64,000 bases of DNA from Candidatus Binatia bacterium (GTDB lineage: Bacteria; Desulfobacterota; Binatia; Bin18), in assembly GCA_963666315.2 (NCBI GenBank), contig CAXXHG010000015.1, positions 64,001 through 128,000 on the forward strand, read 5' to 3'. The stretch's first letter is position 1. The number at the start of each line of letters is the position of its first letter. The position numbers and the translations under genes were made by a program. This document shows positions 63,502-64,000 of the stretch, piece by piece. Under the pieces are notes generated by a model. The model did no database searches. It was not told the origin of the DNA and was given only the letters and a program-made list of their open reading frames with translations.

Positions 63502-64000
63502 ATGATGAGACTCTATCAGCTCGTAGCATCACCCTTCGCCGTGCGTGTGCGAATCGCTCTCTCTGCCAAAGGTGTGATGCCGGAGTTCGCCGCTCCGCCA
63601 GACGGCCTCGGTTCCGAGGCCTTCCGCAATATCACGCCGCTCGGAAAGGTTCCGTCTCTGGTTTGCGACGACGGTACCGTGATCGCGGAGTCCGCTGTCA
63701 TCAACGAGTACCTGGAAGAACAGTTTTCCGAGCCGGCGTTGCTGCCCGCCGCGCTACAGGAGCGGGCCCGCGCCCGCATGGTGATCCAGATGACGGACGC
63801 GTACGTATTCGCCCGCTATTTGCCGCTGTTCACCGCGGTCAAAGCCGAGGGGAAGTCATCGTCGGCCGTTGCGGACGGTATTGAGGGAGTGAAGGGGGGC
63901 CTGGCCGCGCTGGAGCGAGTCATCGATGACGAGACCTATGCGGTTGGGGATGCATTGTCGCTTGCCGACTGCGCCCTGGTGCCCGTCTTGTTTTACCTCA
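63502..64000 (+). CDS. Glutathione S-transferase family protein (runs off the window)
   Basis: MMRLYQLVASPFAVRVRIAL, PLGKVPSL, ESAVINEYLEE, SLADCAL; AAGGA RBS. Absent from the ORF track because it has no stop in the window. Confidence 0.9.
   Translation, partial: MMRLYQLVASPFAVRVRIALSAKGVMPEFAAPPDGLGSEAFRNITPLGKVPSLVCDDGTVIAESAVINEYLEEQFSEPALLPAALQERARARMVIQMTDAYVFARYLPLFTAVKAEGKSSSAVADGIEGVKGGLAALERVIDDETYAVGDALSLADCALVPVLFYL

Overview
A bacterial chromosomal window of roughly 55-60% GC by eye. Gene content and order (tilS-ftsH-glmM-nnr-tsaE-lysC-cimA, F420 genes, several LLM oxidoreductases) resemble deltaproteobacteria-like or Binatota-type genomes; this assignment is inference only. It holds an intact housekeeping core, a cofG-cofH-cofD-cofE cluster, fbp-fbaB, a glycosyltransferase/YdjY cluster, tRNA-Met(CAT), a rare tRNA-Arg(TCG), and a decayed integrative element with an IS6 copy at the right end. 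The ORF track misses several features. (1) A UGA-recoded UGSC-family selenoprotein (5430-6029, minus) with a textbook SECIS hairpin 11 nt after the UGA, next to a conserved partner gene and divergent from a cysteine-free DsbA-fold protein. (2) A tandemly duplicated two-gene module of a nitroreductase plus a small 'RSFxIHNG' protein. (3) Small membrane-protein ORFs, REP-like palindromes, and IS3 and HsdM remnants. About ten accessory genes are broken by frameshifts, nonsense or start-codon substitutions and deletions while core genes are intact, which suggests real genome erosion. All calls come from reading the sequence and recalled family motifs; no searches were run.
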